From the NCBI GenBank assembly GCA_937899865.1, contig CALBRH010000001.1, positions 51,562-115,561 of the forward strand: a stretch of 64,000 bases of DNA, given 5' to 3'. The translations under genes and the position numbers were made by a program. This stretch comes from an uncultured euryarchaeote (GTDB lineage Archaea > Thermoplasmatota > Poseidoniia > Poseidoniales > Poseidoniaceae). Positions within the stretch are counted from its first letter, which is position 1, and every line of letters starts with the position of its first letter. Under the pieces are notes generated by a model. It was not told the DNA's origin. It was given only the letters and a program-made list of their open reading frames with translations, and did not search any database. This document shows, one piece after another, positions 44,747 through 55,755 of this stretch.

Positions 44747-47700
44747 TCAGTCAAATCCCGGTGGTGGCGGAGGTATTGGGCGATTTAATCCAAATTCAGC
44801 ACGTCGATTTTCTGAACTAGTATTCTTATTTGTTAATCTGGCTTTTAGGACATTTTCAGCATGTTCACGACGTTCTTTGTTACGACGGATAGTGTTTGCT
44901 TTTCCTCTCAAGAATAGTGTTCCCATCAGTGCAAACAATACCAATCCTGCAAGTGCTGCTTGGATTACTGGTTGCTTTAGCAATTTGTTGATAGTATCTG
45001 TTTGGTCATCAATAATATTGGTCTTTAACCTTGAATCTTGAGCATCAAGTGAAATCGTAATTGAATCCATGGCAAACTCTGAACCAGGCTCTTTGGCAAC
45101 TAAAACCAGTTGGTATAATCCTGCTTCCAATACTTCACCAGAGAAAACAATGGTTTGGGTTCCTCCAGTTTCTGGAGAGAAAATCAGCAATTGAACTGTA
45201 GTATCTGCTGCTATTCCATTCATGGCTTGCCATTCAAGCCTTACACCTGCATTAGTCATTTCTGTATTGACCGTACATGTGAAAGAGAACCAATCTCCAC
45301 CTGCTAAGTCTAACTCAATAGTAGATTCACTACAACTTAAGGTTGCTTCACCAGCATTCCTCGTTGGGTCATCAGGCCAATGATCTAATTTGTAAGATCC
45401 AGCAGTTTGATTGTCACCCCAACCGTCGCCATCAGAATCTATCCATTGAGAATCTTCTCCGGGAAATGCATCCTCAATATTGGCCCATCCATCTCCATCA
45501 TCGTCAGGACAGCCATGCTTAGTGCCTTGACTAGAGGTGCCAGTTTCAAATGGACAACTATCTCCCATAGTACCGGCTTCATTATCGCCAAAACTATCAT
45601 TGTCACTATCAAACCATTGTGTATCATCGCCTAACCACAAGTCATTAGCATCGCTAGCACCATCAGAGTCTTCATCAGGACAACCAAATCTGTCGATTGT
45701 TGAAGTTCCTACTACTGCAGGACAAGCATCTGGATTAGTGCCGTTTGGATTATCCCCATATCCATCACCGTCGGTATCATTCCATTGAGTAGGATCATCT
45801 GGGAAATCATCATCGGTTTGTGCAGTTCCATCATTATCTCCATCAGGACAACCAAATAGGCCAATGTTGGAATATCCTTCTTCAGCTGGGCAATCATCTC
45901 CTTCGAAGCCAGTTGCATTATCGCCAAATCCATCCCCATCTGCATCAGCCCATTGACTTGGCTCTATTGGAAAAGCATCTGCACCATCACTGACATTCCA
46001 TCCAACAGTACTATTTGTTGGGGGAGTGACATCAGAATAACCATCACCATCAGTATCAGGACAACCGGTTCTATCCTCAGTGGAATTACCTGCAACTGAA
46101 ATACAATTATCTTCCAAGTCATCAAAACCGTCACCATCAGAATCTTGACTTCTTGTTGGGTCATCTGGGAAGGCATCATTCAAGTTAGAGATTCCATCTC
46201 CATCGTCATCTAAACATCCAAAACGGTCAACGGTTGATGTTCCCGCTTCTCCAGGACACGAATCCGCCTCTATTCCGGTCGCATTATCACCGTAGCCATC
46301 ACCATCTTGATCTAACCACTGTGATGGAGTCGATGGTAATTCATCAATCACGTTGTCCCATCCATCACCATCATCATCTGGGCAACCCAAACGGTTACCT
46401 TGAGTAGAATTACCTGCTTGACTCGGACAAGCGTCAGGATTTAATCCAGCTAAATTATCTCCATAGCCATCACTATCGGAATCTGCCCATTGAGTTGGTT
46501 CATCCGGCTGGGCATCCTGATCATTGGCCCACCCATCACTATCAGAATCAGGGCATCCCAATGTGTTGTTTCGCCAAGAATCTCCCCACTCAAGTGGACA
46601 GTCGTCAGCATTATTGCCAGTAGACTCATCTCCATAACCATCACTATCAGAATCAGCCCATTGAGTTGCATCATTTGGAAATACATCAGCACCATCGCTA
46701 TATGTCCATGTTCCATCACTATCTGAATAACCATCGCCATCGGAATCAGGACACCCCATACGGTCATGAGTCGAATAACCCTCTAAGGTTGGACAAGCGT
46801 CGTCAACTGCATCATCTACTCCATCGCCATCAGCATCTGCCCATCGAGTAGCGTCACTAGGAAAAGCATCAGCGCCATCAGCAGCAGTCCAAAATGCATC
46901 AGGGTCGGACCATCCGTCACCATCGGTATCAAGGCAACCTAATCTGTCGTTAGTTGACTCTCCATAAACTCCAGGACAATCATCACCATTTGTTCCAAGC
47001 GGATTATCGCCATAACCATCGCCATCATCATCAACCCATTGAGTTGCATCACTTGGCCAAGCATCTGCGTCGTCATCAGCGACTGTCCATGCACCATCAG
47101 GGTCGGACCATCCATCTCCATCGGTATCAGGGCAACCAAGCCTATCTTGGCTTGAGAACCCTTGAACGCCTACACAAGCATCGGGGTTATTGCCACTAGG
47201 GTCATCGCCATAACCGTCATTGTCAGCATCTTCCCATTGAGTATCATCAGATGGGAATGAGTCATCAGTATCAGCATAGCCATCTCCGTCACCATCAGGA
47301 CATCCCAAATTACCTAACTGATTTGAGGTTCCAAAATTGGTTGGACATGAATCAGGATTTACTCCTCCAGAGTTGTCACCATAGCCATCACCATCTTGGT
47401 CAGCCCATTGAGTTGGCTCAGCAATGAATGCATCAGCGCCATCAGAAGTAGTCCAAACTCCATCAGGGTCGGACCATCCATCTCCATCGGTATCATGACA
47501 CCCATATCTGTCTTGGATTGACTCACCATAAACTCCTACACAAGCATCTCCAAATGTTCCAGATGAGTTGTCCCCAAAAGTATCTACATCATCATCCACC
47601 CATTGCGTTGCATTTCCAATGAATGCATCTGCACCATCTGCAACGGTCCAGACTCCATCTGGGTCGGAATATCCATCTCCATCATCATCAGGACAGCCAG

Positions 47701-50263
47701 AACGGTCTTGATTGGAAGTTCCTACAACAGCTGGACAAGAATCAGCCCCACTTGAAATAGGCCATCCTGCATCAGGATCTGAATAACCATCGCTGTCTCC
47801 ATCGCCACAACCAAATCTGTCATGGGTTGATGTTCCTGGTGATACCGGGCATGCATCAGGCTCAAACCCAGCAGGGTTATCACCATAGCCATCACCATCT
47901 TGGTCAGCCCATTGGGTTGGCTCAGTAATGAATGCATCAGCGCCATCAGTAGTAGTCCAAACTCCATCTGGGTCTGAATAACCATCACCGTCAGTATCAG
48001 GGCAACCAGCTCGGTCAATTGTCGAGGTTCCAGCATCAAATTCACAATCATCAAGACTATCTTCAACTCCATCTAGATCAGCGTCTAAGGTTAGATTGAC
48101 TAAAGGTACGTCATGATTAATCGCCAAGGAAAAGAATTGTGGTCCGTTAGGAACATTGGTGCCTACAACATGGACTTCCCAGGTTCCAGCAAGAGGCGCT
48201 GAGAAATTCATTATACGCAAATTGTTAAGATTGTCACTTAAATCATGAACAGTTCCAGTTGGGTCGGTAACTGACAAATCTAGGTCGTTTACTAAATGGG
48301 GATTAACTCCTGGAGTCGATTCTGGGTCGATATATGATAAACCAATTTGTAAATCGTGCGGGTTAGATGGTAAAGTAAAACTCCATCCACTATCATCTCC
48401 AGTTGTAACAGATTCACCTTGGAAAAAGCTGGTTTGAACTGCGCTGTACATATTCAATAAACCATTACCTTCATGCATATTTGGGATTGCATTTCCTGCC
48501 TCAATAGTCGGACTTGAATATTGTCCCATCATGTCATGGCTTGATGCACCAAATATTGCCTTTACCAATGATGAAGTTGGGTTCGCAATTCCTTCATTTT
48601 CGATTAGATGTTCTAGTAAAAGAGCTGTCGCACCAGCGGCGATTGGGGTAGCCATACTAGTGCCGCCATTGTAGCAATAATCAGTATCATATGAACCCCA
48701 GCCACACGGGCCTGCGTAACGAGATTTTGTCGATAATATCTGTGTACCTGGAGCAACAAAGTCAGGTTTTATTCTGCCATCTTCAGTAGGGCCTCGTCCA
48801 GAGAAGTCAGCCATTCCACTAAAGTTATCTGAAGAAGAACCAAATGCCGGGCGGTAATTTTCGGATGCACCAATTGAAATCGCATTTTTCGCTGTTGCTT
48901 CATATAACAAGGTATCTTCACTTACTGAACCGTATATGTCCCCATCATTACCGTTGGCAAACAAGATTACTAATTCTTCATTAGTGCGTGCGCCAACATC
49001 AATTTCCATCGAGTTGGATGAGTATGTGCTATATGTTGTACAGGGAGTACCTTTTCCACCGGGTCGATTATCACAACTGCCCCAAGAGTTAGTGTGTATT
49101 CGGCTGCCATTTTCAACTGCAGAGTCAAAAAAATCGTTTAAGTCAGCAGGTAAGCCACCAAGGGTTCCGCTTTGTTCAAATGCGTGCATGTGAAGTAAAG
49201 CTTCTTGAGCAATCCCAACTATAGACCCCCCACTTACTGTTCCATCGCCCAAGACTGAGCCCGAAACATGTGTTCCATGGCCATTGTCATCATCAGCCCC
49301 ATCATCACAGGGGCCCGGATCAACAGGGGAGTTCCATGTGCATCGCCATTGAGGTTCTGGCCAAGAATAAATGTCGTGTATATGGTCGCTGAAGTCAGGG
49401 TGCATAGTTCCATCATCAATGCCACTATCAAGTCCAGAATCAGCGACAGTTACAATTATGCCACTTCCATCAAGACCAGTCCAAGTACCATCTAATCCTG
49501 ACATCATTAGATTATCTTGAACATCATCTGAGTTAATTATAGTGTTTGCAACAGAGTTGACAAAGAAAGAAACAGGCATTTCTTCAAGCCATTCAACTTC
49601 GCCTTGAGAAGCGAGCCATTTGACGCCTGCAATATCAGTATGTGCAGAAGCAAATCTGCCGCTGTGAGTAAATAAATTGATATTTTCTTGTTCTCTAATT
49701 TCTGCTGGTAAATCATGTCCTGATAGAATAATATCCAAGTTTACTTCACCTTTTTCAGCGATTGATTGGGCTAAGCCATGTCGAATCTTATCAACAGGGT
49801 CAAGTTCAAGAATCCCCTCAACCTGTAATTCTTCTAATGTTTCAATAGGTACTGAATCAAATTGACAGCTAAATCCGTTGGGCGGCATAAAAGAATTACA
49901 CTCTATTCCAGCATCACTTAATTGATATTTCCATTCGGTTGGAACGGGAAATTGATGAGTAATTACATACCTTCCTTCTAACAAATCTAAACCAGTCCAC
50001 GATGGCCAATTTTCGATAGGAACAAGGGATGCGTCACGGTAAATCAAGGTAATCTGTCCCGCTGAAACATCTGATGAAAACCAACCATTTTTCAGTTTAT
50101 TACTTGGGAAAATTGTAATATCTTCAAGGGCCGACAACTCCTCAGTATCATTTACTGTAACCTTTGGCAGTTCAACATCCTTAGCATAACTTAGTGGGGC
50201 TAGAATTTGCATGATAAAAACTGCACAAATAAAAATTGTAATACTGTTTGAACTTCGTCCCAT
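44747..50263 (-). CDS. S8 subtilisin-like serine peptidase (KP-43-like) with a long Asp-rich TSP3-like repeat stalk and C-terminal TM
   Basis: Catalytic triad VADSG / HGTHVSG / GTSMATP; RIHTNSWG; DGRIKPDFVAPG; LVNDLDL beta-domain; roughly 900 aa of DxDxDG repeats; TM near the C-terminus. Confidence 0.92.
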   Translation of the reverse strand: MGRSSNSITIFICAVFIMQILAPLSYAKDVELPKVTVNDTEELSALEDITIFPSNKLKNGWFSSDVSAGQITLIYRDASLVPIENWPSWTGLDLLEGRYVITHQFPVPTEWKYQLSDAGIECNSFMPPNGFSCQFDSVPIETLEELQVEGILELDPVDKIRHGLAQSIAEKGEVNLDIILSGHDLPAEIREQENINLFTHSGRFASAHTDIAGVKWLASQGEVEWLEEMPVSFFVNSVANTIINSDDVQDNLMMSGLDGTWTGLDGSGIIVTVADSGLDSGIDDGTMHPDFSDHIHDIYSWPEPQWRCTWNSPVDPGPCDDGADDDNGHGTHVSGSVLGDGTVSGGSIVGIAQEALLHMHAFEQSGTLGGLPADLNDFFDSAVENGSRIHTNSWGSCDNRPGGKGTPCTTYSTYSSNSMEIDVGARTNEELVILFANGNDGDIYGSVSEDTLLYEATAKNAISIGASENYRPAFGSSSDNFSGMADFSGRGPTEDGRIKPDFVAPGTQILSTKSRYAGPCGWGSYDTDYCYNGGTSMATPIAAGATALLLEHLIENEGIANPTSSLVKAIFGASSHDMMGQYSSPTIEAGNAIPNMHEGNGLLNMYSAVQTSFFQGESVTTGDDSGWSFTLPSNPHDLQIGLSYIDPESTPGVNPHLVNDLDLSVTDPTGTVHDLSDNLNNLRIMNFSAPLAGTWEVHVVGTNVPNGPQFFSLAINHDVPLVNLTLDADLDGVEDSLDDCEFDAGTSTIDRAGCPDTDGDGYSDPDGVWTTTDGADAFITEPTQWADQDGDGYGDNPAGFEPDACPVSPGTSTHDRFGCGDGDSDGYSDPDAGWPISSGADSCPAVVGTSNQDRSGCPDDDGDGYSDPDGVWTVADGADAFIGNATQWVDDDVDTFGDNSSGTFGDACVGVYGESIQDRYGCHDTDGDGWSDPDGVWTTSDGADAFIAEPTQWADQDGDGYGDNSGGVNPDSCPTNFGTSNQLGNLGCPDGDGDGYADTDDSFPSDDTQWEDADNDGYGDDPSGNNPDACVGVQGFSSQDRLGCPDTDGDGWSDPDGAWTVADDDADAWPSDATQWVDDDGDGYGDNPLGTNGDDCPGVYGESTNDRLGCLDTDGDGWSDPDAFWTAADGADAFPSDATRWADADGDGVDDAVDDACPTLEGYSTHDRMGCPDSDGDGYSDSDGTWTYSDGADVFPNDATQWADSDSDGYGDESTGNNADDCPLEWGDSWRNNTLGCPDSDSDGWANDQDAQPDEPTQWADSDSDGYGDNLAGLNPDACPSQAGNSTQGNRLGCPDDDGDGWDNVIDELPSTPSQWLDQDGDGYGDNATGIEADSCPGEAGTSTVDRFGCLDDDGDGISNLNDAFPDDPTRSQDSDGDGFDDLEDNCISVAGNSTEDRTGCPDTDGDGYSDVTPPTNSTVGWNVSDGADAFPIEPSQWADADGDGFGDNATGFEGDDCPAEEGYSNIGLFGCPDGDNDGTAQTDDDFPDDPTQWNDTDGDGYGDNPNGTNPDACPAVVGTSTIDRFGCPDEDSDGASDANDLWLGDDTQWFDSDNDSFGDNEAGTMGDSCPFETGTSSQGTKHGCPDDDGDGWANIEDAFPGEDSQWIDSDGDGWGDNQTAGSYKLDHWPDDPTRNAGEATLSCSESTIELDLAGGDWFSFTCTVNTEMTNAGVRLEWQAMNGIAADTTVQLLIFSPETGGTQTIVFSGEVLEAGLYQLVLVAKEPGSEFAMDSITISLDAQDSRLKTNIIDDQTDTINKLLKQPVIQAALAGLVLFALMGTLFLRGKANTIRRNKERREHAENVLKARLTNKNTSSENRRAEFGLNRPIPPPPPGFD
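45370..48090 (-). repeat. Asp/Gly/Cys-rich thrombospondin type-3-like calcium-binding repeats
   Basis: Recurring units such as TQWxDxDGDGYGDN, DACP..xGxSxxDRxGCPDxDGDGxSD and DAFP. Confidence 0.85.
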
Positions 50264-50359
50264 GTGTATCTACAATAACTGGCCCTTGATGAATGATTTG
50301 CTATTTTATTGATGTGAATCCCTACGAGACTTCAAAAACCCACTTGATAGCGCAAGTCT

Positions 50360-52210
50360 ATGGCACAACATGAACAAGGTTTAGAGCAATCCGACCTCAT
50401 GGCGCCATCTAATAGTGATGAAAAATCACAGGTAATAGGTAGACAAATTTGGCGTGTTGTCCCCTATGCCAAAAGATATCCAGGTAGAGTTTTCTCAGGA
50501 ATTTTTTCCAATGCTTTAGCGCGAGTTTTTGACTTAATGCCGTTTGTTGCTATCGGTTATTCAATTGATTATTTCACCAACAAAACAATGAGTGGGCCAA
50601 AATTTTTGCAAGATTTTGTCATAGCATTGCCTGGAGAAATTGAAGTTGGTTACGGGTTTTTGATTTTTCTAGGCTTCTTTTGTTTAGCATTTTTCCAAGG
50701 TATCTCCGAGTATTCATGGCAGACACTTGGCTACAAAATTCAGCATGACTTGCGAATGGATGCAACAAAGTCAATCATTGCAATGGAAGCCTCATATTAC
50801 GATATGCGGCAAACTGGACAAATTATGTCGGTATTATCAAGCGATGTCAATCAATTAGAAGATGTAGTTGCAGATTCCTCAACATCAATAATTAGAATCA
50901 TTGTCACTTTCATGACAGCATTCGTAATTTTGGTTCTTATGTCTTGGAAATTAGCAGCAGTTCTTTTCGGTCCACTAATTCTTATTGTTCCATTGGTGTA
51001 TTGGTTTTCAACAAGAGTCCAACGAAAATATCGCAAACAGAGAGAATCTACCGGTGACATCACTGCGGTGTTAGAGAATTTGATTTCAGGAATCTCGGTA
51101 GTCCAAGCCTACAATGCTCAAGACTGGGAGTCTGAACGAGTAAACCGAGAGTCAGCAGCGTATCGTGACCAAGCGATTGGTGCGAGCCAAGATCGCAATC
51201 GGTTTGTGCCTATGATTTACGCAATCGCTGGTATTGCCTTTGGACTACTTGTCTCAGTTGGTGGCTCCTTGGCTGGAAGCGGAGAGATTAGTACAGGTCA
51301 GTTAGTTACATTCCTGTTGATTAGTACTAGGATGACAATGCCGTTATTCATCTTCGGGATACTAATTAACCAATTGCAAAGAGGTGAAGCCGCAGCAAGG
51401 AGAGTATTTGCGGTAGTGGATCTGGAGCCGCAAATTTTTGATAAAGATGATGCGATTGAACTCGAAGAAGAGATTGAAGTAGTTGAATTCAAAGATGTTT
51501 ATTTCACATACCCCAATACGAACATTCCGGTTTTGAGTGGCATTTCATTCAAGGCAGAAGGAGGTGAATTTTTGGGTATTATGGGTCACACTGGAGCAGG
51601 TAAAACAACCATTTTGAAATTACTAATGCGCTATTACACACCTGATAGCGGTGATGTATTGATCAATGGGGTTTCAATTGAGGATTATACCTTAGATTCT
51701 GTTAGAGATAAGATTGGCTTTGTTAGTCAAGAACCATTCTTATTCTATGGCTCGATTAAAGACAATGTCATTTACAACCAAACAGCTAACGACGATGAAC
51801 TTCAAACAGCATTAGAACTTGCAGGCGCAGCGGAATTTATTCAAGAGTTAGAAGAAGGTTTGGCGACAATGGTTGGTGACCGTGGAGCAATGTTATCCGG
51901 CGGGCAAAGAGCAAGAGTATCTCTTGCTAGAGCCTTGTTAAAACAGCCTTCACTGTTGATTTTAGATGAAGCATCAAGCGCGTTGGATGCGGAGACAGAA
52001 CGACGCATTCAAGAGAATTTAATCGCCAGTGGAAAAGATAGAGCCACTATTGCAGTTGCACACCGATTGAGCACGATTAGAAACGCTGATGAAATATTAT
52101 CAATGGTCGATGGTGCAGTTGTCGAGCGTGGTAAACACGATGATTTAGTCGCAGCCGGTGGAGTTTATGCCAGCCAATGGACCATTCAAACCGGTGATAT
52201 GGCGGTTTGA
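50360..52210 (+). CDS. ABC exporter, fused TMD-NBD (MsbA/MdlB-like)
   Basis: N-terminal TM domain, Walker A GHTGAGKT, Q-loop VSQEP, signature LSGGQ, Walker B LILDEA and AHRLST. Confidence 0.93.
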   Translation: MAQHEQGLEQSDLMAPSNSDEKSQVIGRQIWRVVPYAKRYPGRVFSGIFSNALARVFDLMPFVAIGYSIDYFTNKTMSGPKFLQDFVIALPGEIEVGYGFLIFLGFFCLAFFQGISEYSWQTLGYKIQHDLRMDATKSIIAMEASYYDMRQTGQIMSVLSSDVNQLEDVVADSSTSIIRIIVTFMTAFVILVLMSWKLAAVLFGPLILIVPLVYWFSTRVQRKYRKQRESTGDITAVLENLISGISVVQAYNAQDWESERVNRESAAYRDQAIGASQDRNRFVPMIYAIAGIAFGLLVSVGGSLAGSGEISTGQLVTFLLISTRMTMPLFIFGILINQLQRGEAAARRVFAVVDLEPQIFDKDDAIELEEEIEVVEFKDVYFTYPNTNIPVLSGISFKAEGGEFLGIMGHTGAGKTTILKLLMRYYTPDSGDVLINGVSIEDYTLDSVRDKIGFVSQEPFLFYGSIKDNVIYNQTANDDELQTALELAGAAEFIQELEEGLATMVGDRGAMLSGGQRARVSLARALLKQPSLLILDEASSALDAETERRIQENLIASGKDRATIAVAHRLSTIRNADEILSMVDGAVVERGKHDDLVAAGGVYASQWTIQTGDMAV

Positions 52211-52213
52211 TGA

Positions 52214-52537
52214 TTATACTCGTTTGAGGATAGGGCGTAAAACAGCAGTCTTTTCAGGCTTAGATTTTTCTGCAAGGAACTTTTTGTTGCCAAGAATAAT
52301 TATTGTCGATAATAGGATAAACAGTGGAATTCCTATTACAAGAGACCATACGGCAAGGCTAAGATTGCCGATGAAGATCTCTTCTAACATTTCAGCAATT
52401 AAGATGATTGAAACGAAGATTAACACTCTCACTATACCGAGGAAAGTACGAATAATCATCCAAATTTGCTCTGTATCATTAGCCTCATCAGGTTTATCTA
52501 AAGCAGACAGTCTTTCAATGAAGGAAAGTCCACTCAT
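52214..52537 (-). CDS. Small 2-TM hypothetical protein
   Basis: Two hydrophobic helices; RBS-like sequence upstream; fills the gap between flanking genes. Confidence 0.6.
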   Translation of the reverse strand: MSGLSFIERLSALDKPDEANDTEQIWMIIRTFLGIVRVLIFVSIILIAEMLEEIFIGNLSLAVWSLVIGIPLFILLSTIIILGNKKFLAEKSKPEKTAVLRPILKRV

Positions 52538-52611
52538 GATGACTCGGCTACTTTCATCTAACTAAGCAGTTACGGCTGATTTAGCATCAAAAATGATGTT
52601 TTTGATTGTCT

Positions 52612-53742
52612 TTACACAGTACGGGTTCGGTCATCAATTTGATGTCCAACACCGGCTTTACCACCGGTTTTACGAATCTCCCGCCAGGCTTTGATTACAC
52701 CTTGGCCATAAGCCCACTGGGCAAGGAAAACGAACAGAGGGGCTAAGAAAACAGTACCAATGTTTCGATGTGGTGAAGTTCCAATTGCTGCGCCAAGCCA
52801 ACATAATGCAATATAGAACAACATTAGTCCGCCTATGCCATGAAATGCGATACGGGGTATTGTCCACTCTCCAGATAGAGTTAGCCAATATTCATCAGCA
52901 GCACCACCAGATAACATTCCATAAATTACCGCAATTACTGAGAAAATGACTAGCGGAGGGAAGAAACCAATTGCAGTATGAGACCAGCGAGAAATTTCTG
53001 GCCATCTTTTGTTTGCCACCATTCTAGTATAGCCGTAATTACGCATTTGTTTCATGTATGGTTTGAATGGCACTCGTCTACGGTGTGGCATAACATTTGA
53101 AGGGTCGATGAATAATTTGTGCCCTTTACGTTGAATCTTAGCATCAAGTACAACATCCTCTGCACCAATGCAGCCTTCTTCGAAGAAATCAACTTCTCTA
53201 AGGTTGGCCATTCTGTGAGCACAATTGACTCCAGGGTTGTGGCTAATTGGGACTAAATTACCTTTTGGTTGAGCACCATATCTCGTTCCTGCAGTCATAA
53301 ATTTAGTACAGAATGCAACATCTGCGCACTTAGCTCCAAACGAATCTGAATCAGGTGCAAAGTTAGGTCCTCCAACCGCTCCGACTTCAGGGTCCTTGAA
53401 CCAGCGAATCAGTTTCTCTACCCAATCAAGCGGTGGAATTGTATCATCATCAGTAAACAATACCAAGTCATGATCCATTTGTCGTAGTGCGAAATTACAG
53501 GCATCAGCACGATTATTTGAGGAATCATCAAGCCATGTTGCACCAAATTTCTCACACACTTCTTTGGTGTGGTCTTTCGATTTTGAATCAGCAATGACGA
53601 TTTCAAAATGTGGATATGTCTGCTTTGATAATCTCCCTAAGACGATTTCTAATTCGTCTGCATTGTTGATAGTTGGAATCAGTACTGCAGCCTTGTATGG
53701 CTCGCCATCATCCTTCAACAAAGGCTCAACGCTTGCGCCCAT
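52612..53742 (-). CDS. Glycosyltransferase family 2 with C-terminal TM helices
   Basis: Motifs VLIPTINN, IADSKSKD, FTDDD, GAVGG and AEDVVL, with a hydrophobic C-terminus. Confidence 0.88.
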   Translation of the reverse strand: MGASVEPLLKDDGEPYKAAVLIPTINNADELEIVLGRLSKQTYPHFEIVIADSKSKDHTKEVCEKFGATWLDDSSNNRADACNFALRQMDHDLVLFTDDDTIPPLDWVEKLIRWFKDPEVGAVGGPNFAPDSDSFGAKCADVAFCTKFMTAGTRYGAQPKGNLVPISHNPGVNCAHRMANLREVDFFEEGCIGAEDVVLDAKIQRKGHKLFIDPSNVMPHRRRVPFKPYMKQMRNYGYTRMVANKRWPEISRWSHTAIGFFPPLVIFSVIAVIYGMLSGGAADEYWLTLSGEWTIPRIAFHGIGGLMLFYIALCWLGAAIGTSPHRNIGTVFLAPLFVFLAQWAYGQGVIKAWREIRKTGGKAGVGHQIDDRTRTV

Positions 53743-53791
53743 GGATGCTCCAAAAAACCCTTAGTTAAGAATTCAAGGGCTGTTTGGTCTA

Positions 53792-54838
53792 TCACTCTAC
53801 GTCAACCATTACTGTATCAAGGGTTACACCCTCAAAACTATTCAATATTGAAATGGTAACTGTGCATAAGCTAGCACAACTTGTATCAATTAAAATTGCT
53901 TCACCAACGTTCCAGTAATCAGTTTCACTGTCTGAGGATGACCAGCAGTTTTCATATTCACCCTCAGCACATTGGACAATAGATTCCGATGCAGCACCGT
54001 CAACGCTTGCTATGATGGTAGTATGAGACCAATCTAGGTCGGAACCAGAATCCATGGTTACAATTGCTTCACCGTTTGCACCAGGTCCATCTGTGGCACT
54101 AAATGAATAGATATCTAGGCCACCCGAGTCATAATCTTCTTCGTCACAGGAATCAAATCCTAAGAAGTGCATGAATTCAGCAGTAGATGCACCATGCTCA
54201 TCAACAGCAATAAATGCTACATCAATTGCATCACATGTTTCACTCGAAAGTAGGTTAAAGGTATCTTTTACTGTTGAATTATCCATTCCGGCTAAAACTG
54301 TACCCTGATTTGGTGAGATGGGAATATCAATAATTCCATCTAAATCAGTATCGATTCCTTTGGTCATAGCATCTCCATCTGGGTCGACTGATACGAATTC
54401 AAAATACAATACGCAGTCGCCCATTTCAACCAAGTTTGCCAAGTGTACGACCTCTCCTTCATCTAAACCCTCAGCGAGAGAAGCTCTTTGCTCCTCCACT
54501 GTATATCCAATGTGATCTCCATCTTCATCTATGAAGTCCTCAGGGTCCTCGAAACAATTGAATATTCCTGAAAGAAGCCAATTATTTTGGACAAGAGGTT
54601 CTAAATCCTCATCTGGAAATTCAAAGTTCTTGACACTTATTTTAGGTGGTGAATTACTGGCCAGAATCATCGCATCAGCAATGTCTTGGGCAGTAAGTGT
54701 AGCAGTTACAGTTGTGGTGTCGTCAGTCGATTCAGCTTCAACAGAATCCTCTTCGTCATCACTCAACATACCGAAGCAACCGGTCAAAATCAATAGCAGG
54801 CTCAATATAATTACGTTCAATCCTTTAAGATAGTCCAT
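53792..54838 (-). CDS. Hypothetical acidic lipoprotein-like surface protein
   Basis: Signal ending LLILTGC, a very acidic body, and a C-terminal beta domain with WNVGEAILI (pilin/flagellin-like pattern). Confidence 0.6.
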   Translation of the reverse strand: MDYLKGLNVIILSLLLILTGCFGMLSDDEEDSVEAESTDDTTTVTATLTAQDIADAMILASNSPPKISVKNFEFPDEDLEPLVQNNWLLSGIFNCFEDPEDFIDEDGDHIGYTVEEQRASLAEGLDEGEVVHLANLVEMGDCVLYFEFVSVDPDGDAMTKGIDTDLDGIIDIPISPNQGTVLAGMDNSTVKDTFNLLSSETCDAIDVAFIAVDEHGASTAEFMHFLGFDSCDEEDYDSGGLDIYSFSATDGPGANGEAIVTMDSGSDLDWSHTTIIASVDGAASESIVQCAEGEYENCWSSSDSETDYWNVGEAILIDTSCASLCTVTISILNSFEGVTLDTVMVDVE

Positions 54839-55014
54839 GAATAATACTAAGATTGAGGTCTTATAATCTTTCCATTTTACTATTTAGAAAACATTAGATT
54901 CAACTATTTTCATAGAGTTGTGAAGTCTTCTTAATGCTTCTTTTGAAATATTTTGCAATGGTAAGTTCATAAGCCGTCGAAAGTGCATGTGAGATTAGAG
55001 AGGGGTGCTATCTC

Positions 55015-55755
55015 ATGTTGAACGTCACAGCCCGATTAGACCTGATGAGCAAAATTTTGGATACGTTGAAAGCCGTTGTTGAAGACGCTAAGTTTGATTT
55101 TAAAGAAAACAGTCTTCACATTCGTGTAGTCGACCATTCCCATGTTGCAATGATTCAGATGGATATTGATTCTGCAGCATTTGATACATGGGAGTTAGAT
55201 GAGACATCTATTGCTTTTGAGATTGATGTAGTTAGAAACTTAGTCAGCCTAGGTACTCCAGAAGAAATGTTGAATCTAAAAGCAGATGAAGGAACTGGAA
55301 TGCTAAATGCTAAGTTGGGCAATGTTGAAGGTGAATTGAGAACTATTGACCCATCAACAATTACCGTCCCTGCACTACCACCTCTTGACCCAAAATGTAA
55401 AGTCCATTTGAGTGGAAATGATTTCATTAGAATTCTCAAAGCTGCAGCGCTTGGAGGCGACATGATGACTCTAGCAATTAGCGGAGATCATTTCACAGTT
55501 AGTGCTAGTGGTACCAACAGTAACATCCAAGTTAATTTCCATAAAGATGACTTACAACTATTCGAGTATGATAATCCTGCTCATAGCCAATATTCTTTGG
55601 GTTACCTACAACCATTGAACAAGGTAATCGGCAGAGTTGAAACTCTTGAGATTGGCTTTGGAGAAAACTATCCATTAGCAATCAATTTTGCATTCCATGA
55701 TGGTGCTGTCGAAGTCAAGTACTTCCTTGCTCCAAGAGTTGAAGGCGACATTTGA
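55015..55755 (+). CDS. pcn: PCNA sliding clamp
   Basis: Motifs VVDHSHVAMI, YSLGYL, GENYPL and VKYFLAPR; 246 aa. Confidence 0.88.
   Translation: MLNVTARLDLMSKILDTLKAVVEDAKFDFKENSLHIRVVDHSHVAMIQMDIDSAAFDTWELDETSIAFEIDVVRNLVSLGTPEEMLNLKADEGTGMLNAKLGNVEGELRTIDPSTITVPALPPLDPKCKVHLSGNDFIRILKAAALGGDMMTLAISGDHFTVSASGTNSNIQVNFHKDDLQLFEYDNPAHSQYSLGYLQPLNKVIGRVETLEIGFGENYPLAINFAFHDGAVEVKYFLAPRVEGDI

Noticed and set aside
45370-48090. Repeats considered as a CRISPR array or mobile-element repeats
   Set aside because: They are in-frame, degenerate coding repeats with no constant repeat-spacer period and no cas genes.
52522-52533. GAAGGAAAGTCC, similar to RNase P CR-I
   Set aside because: It is the antisense of the MSGLSF start of the 52214-52537 gene and has no surrounding RNase P structure.
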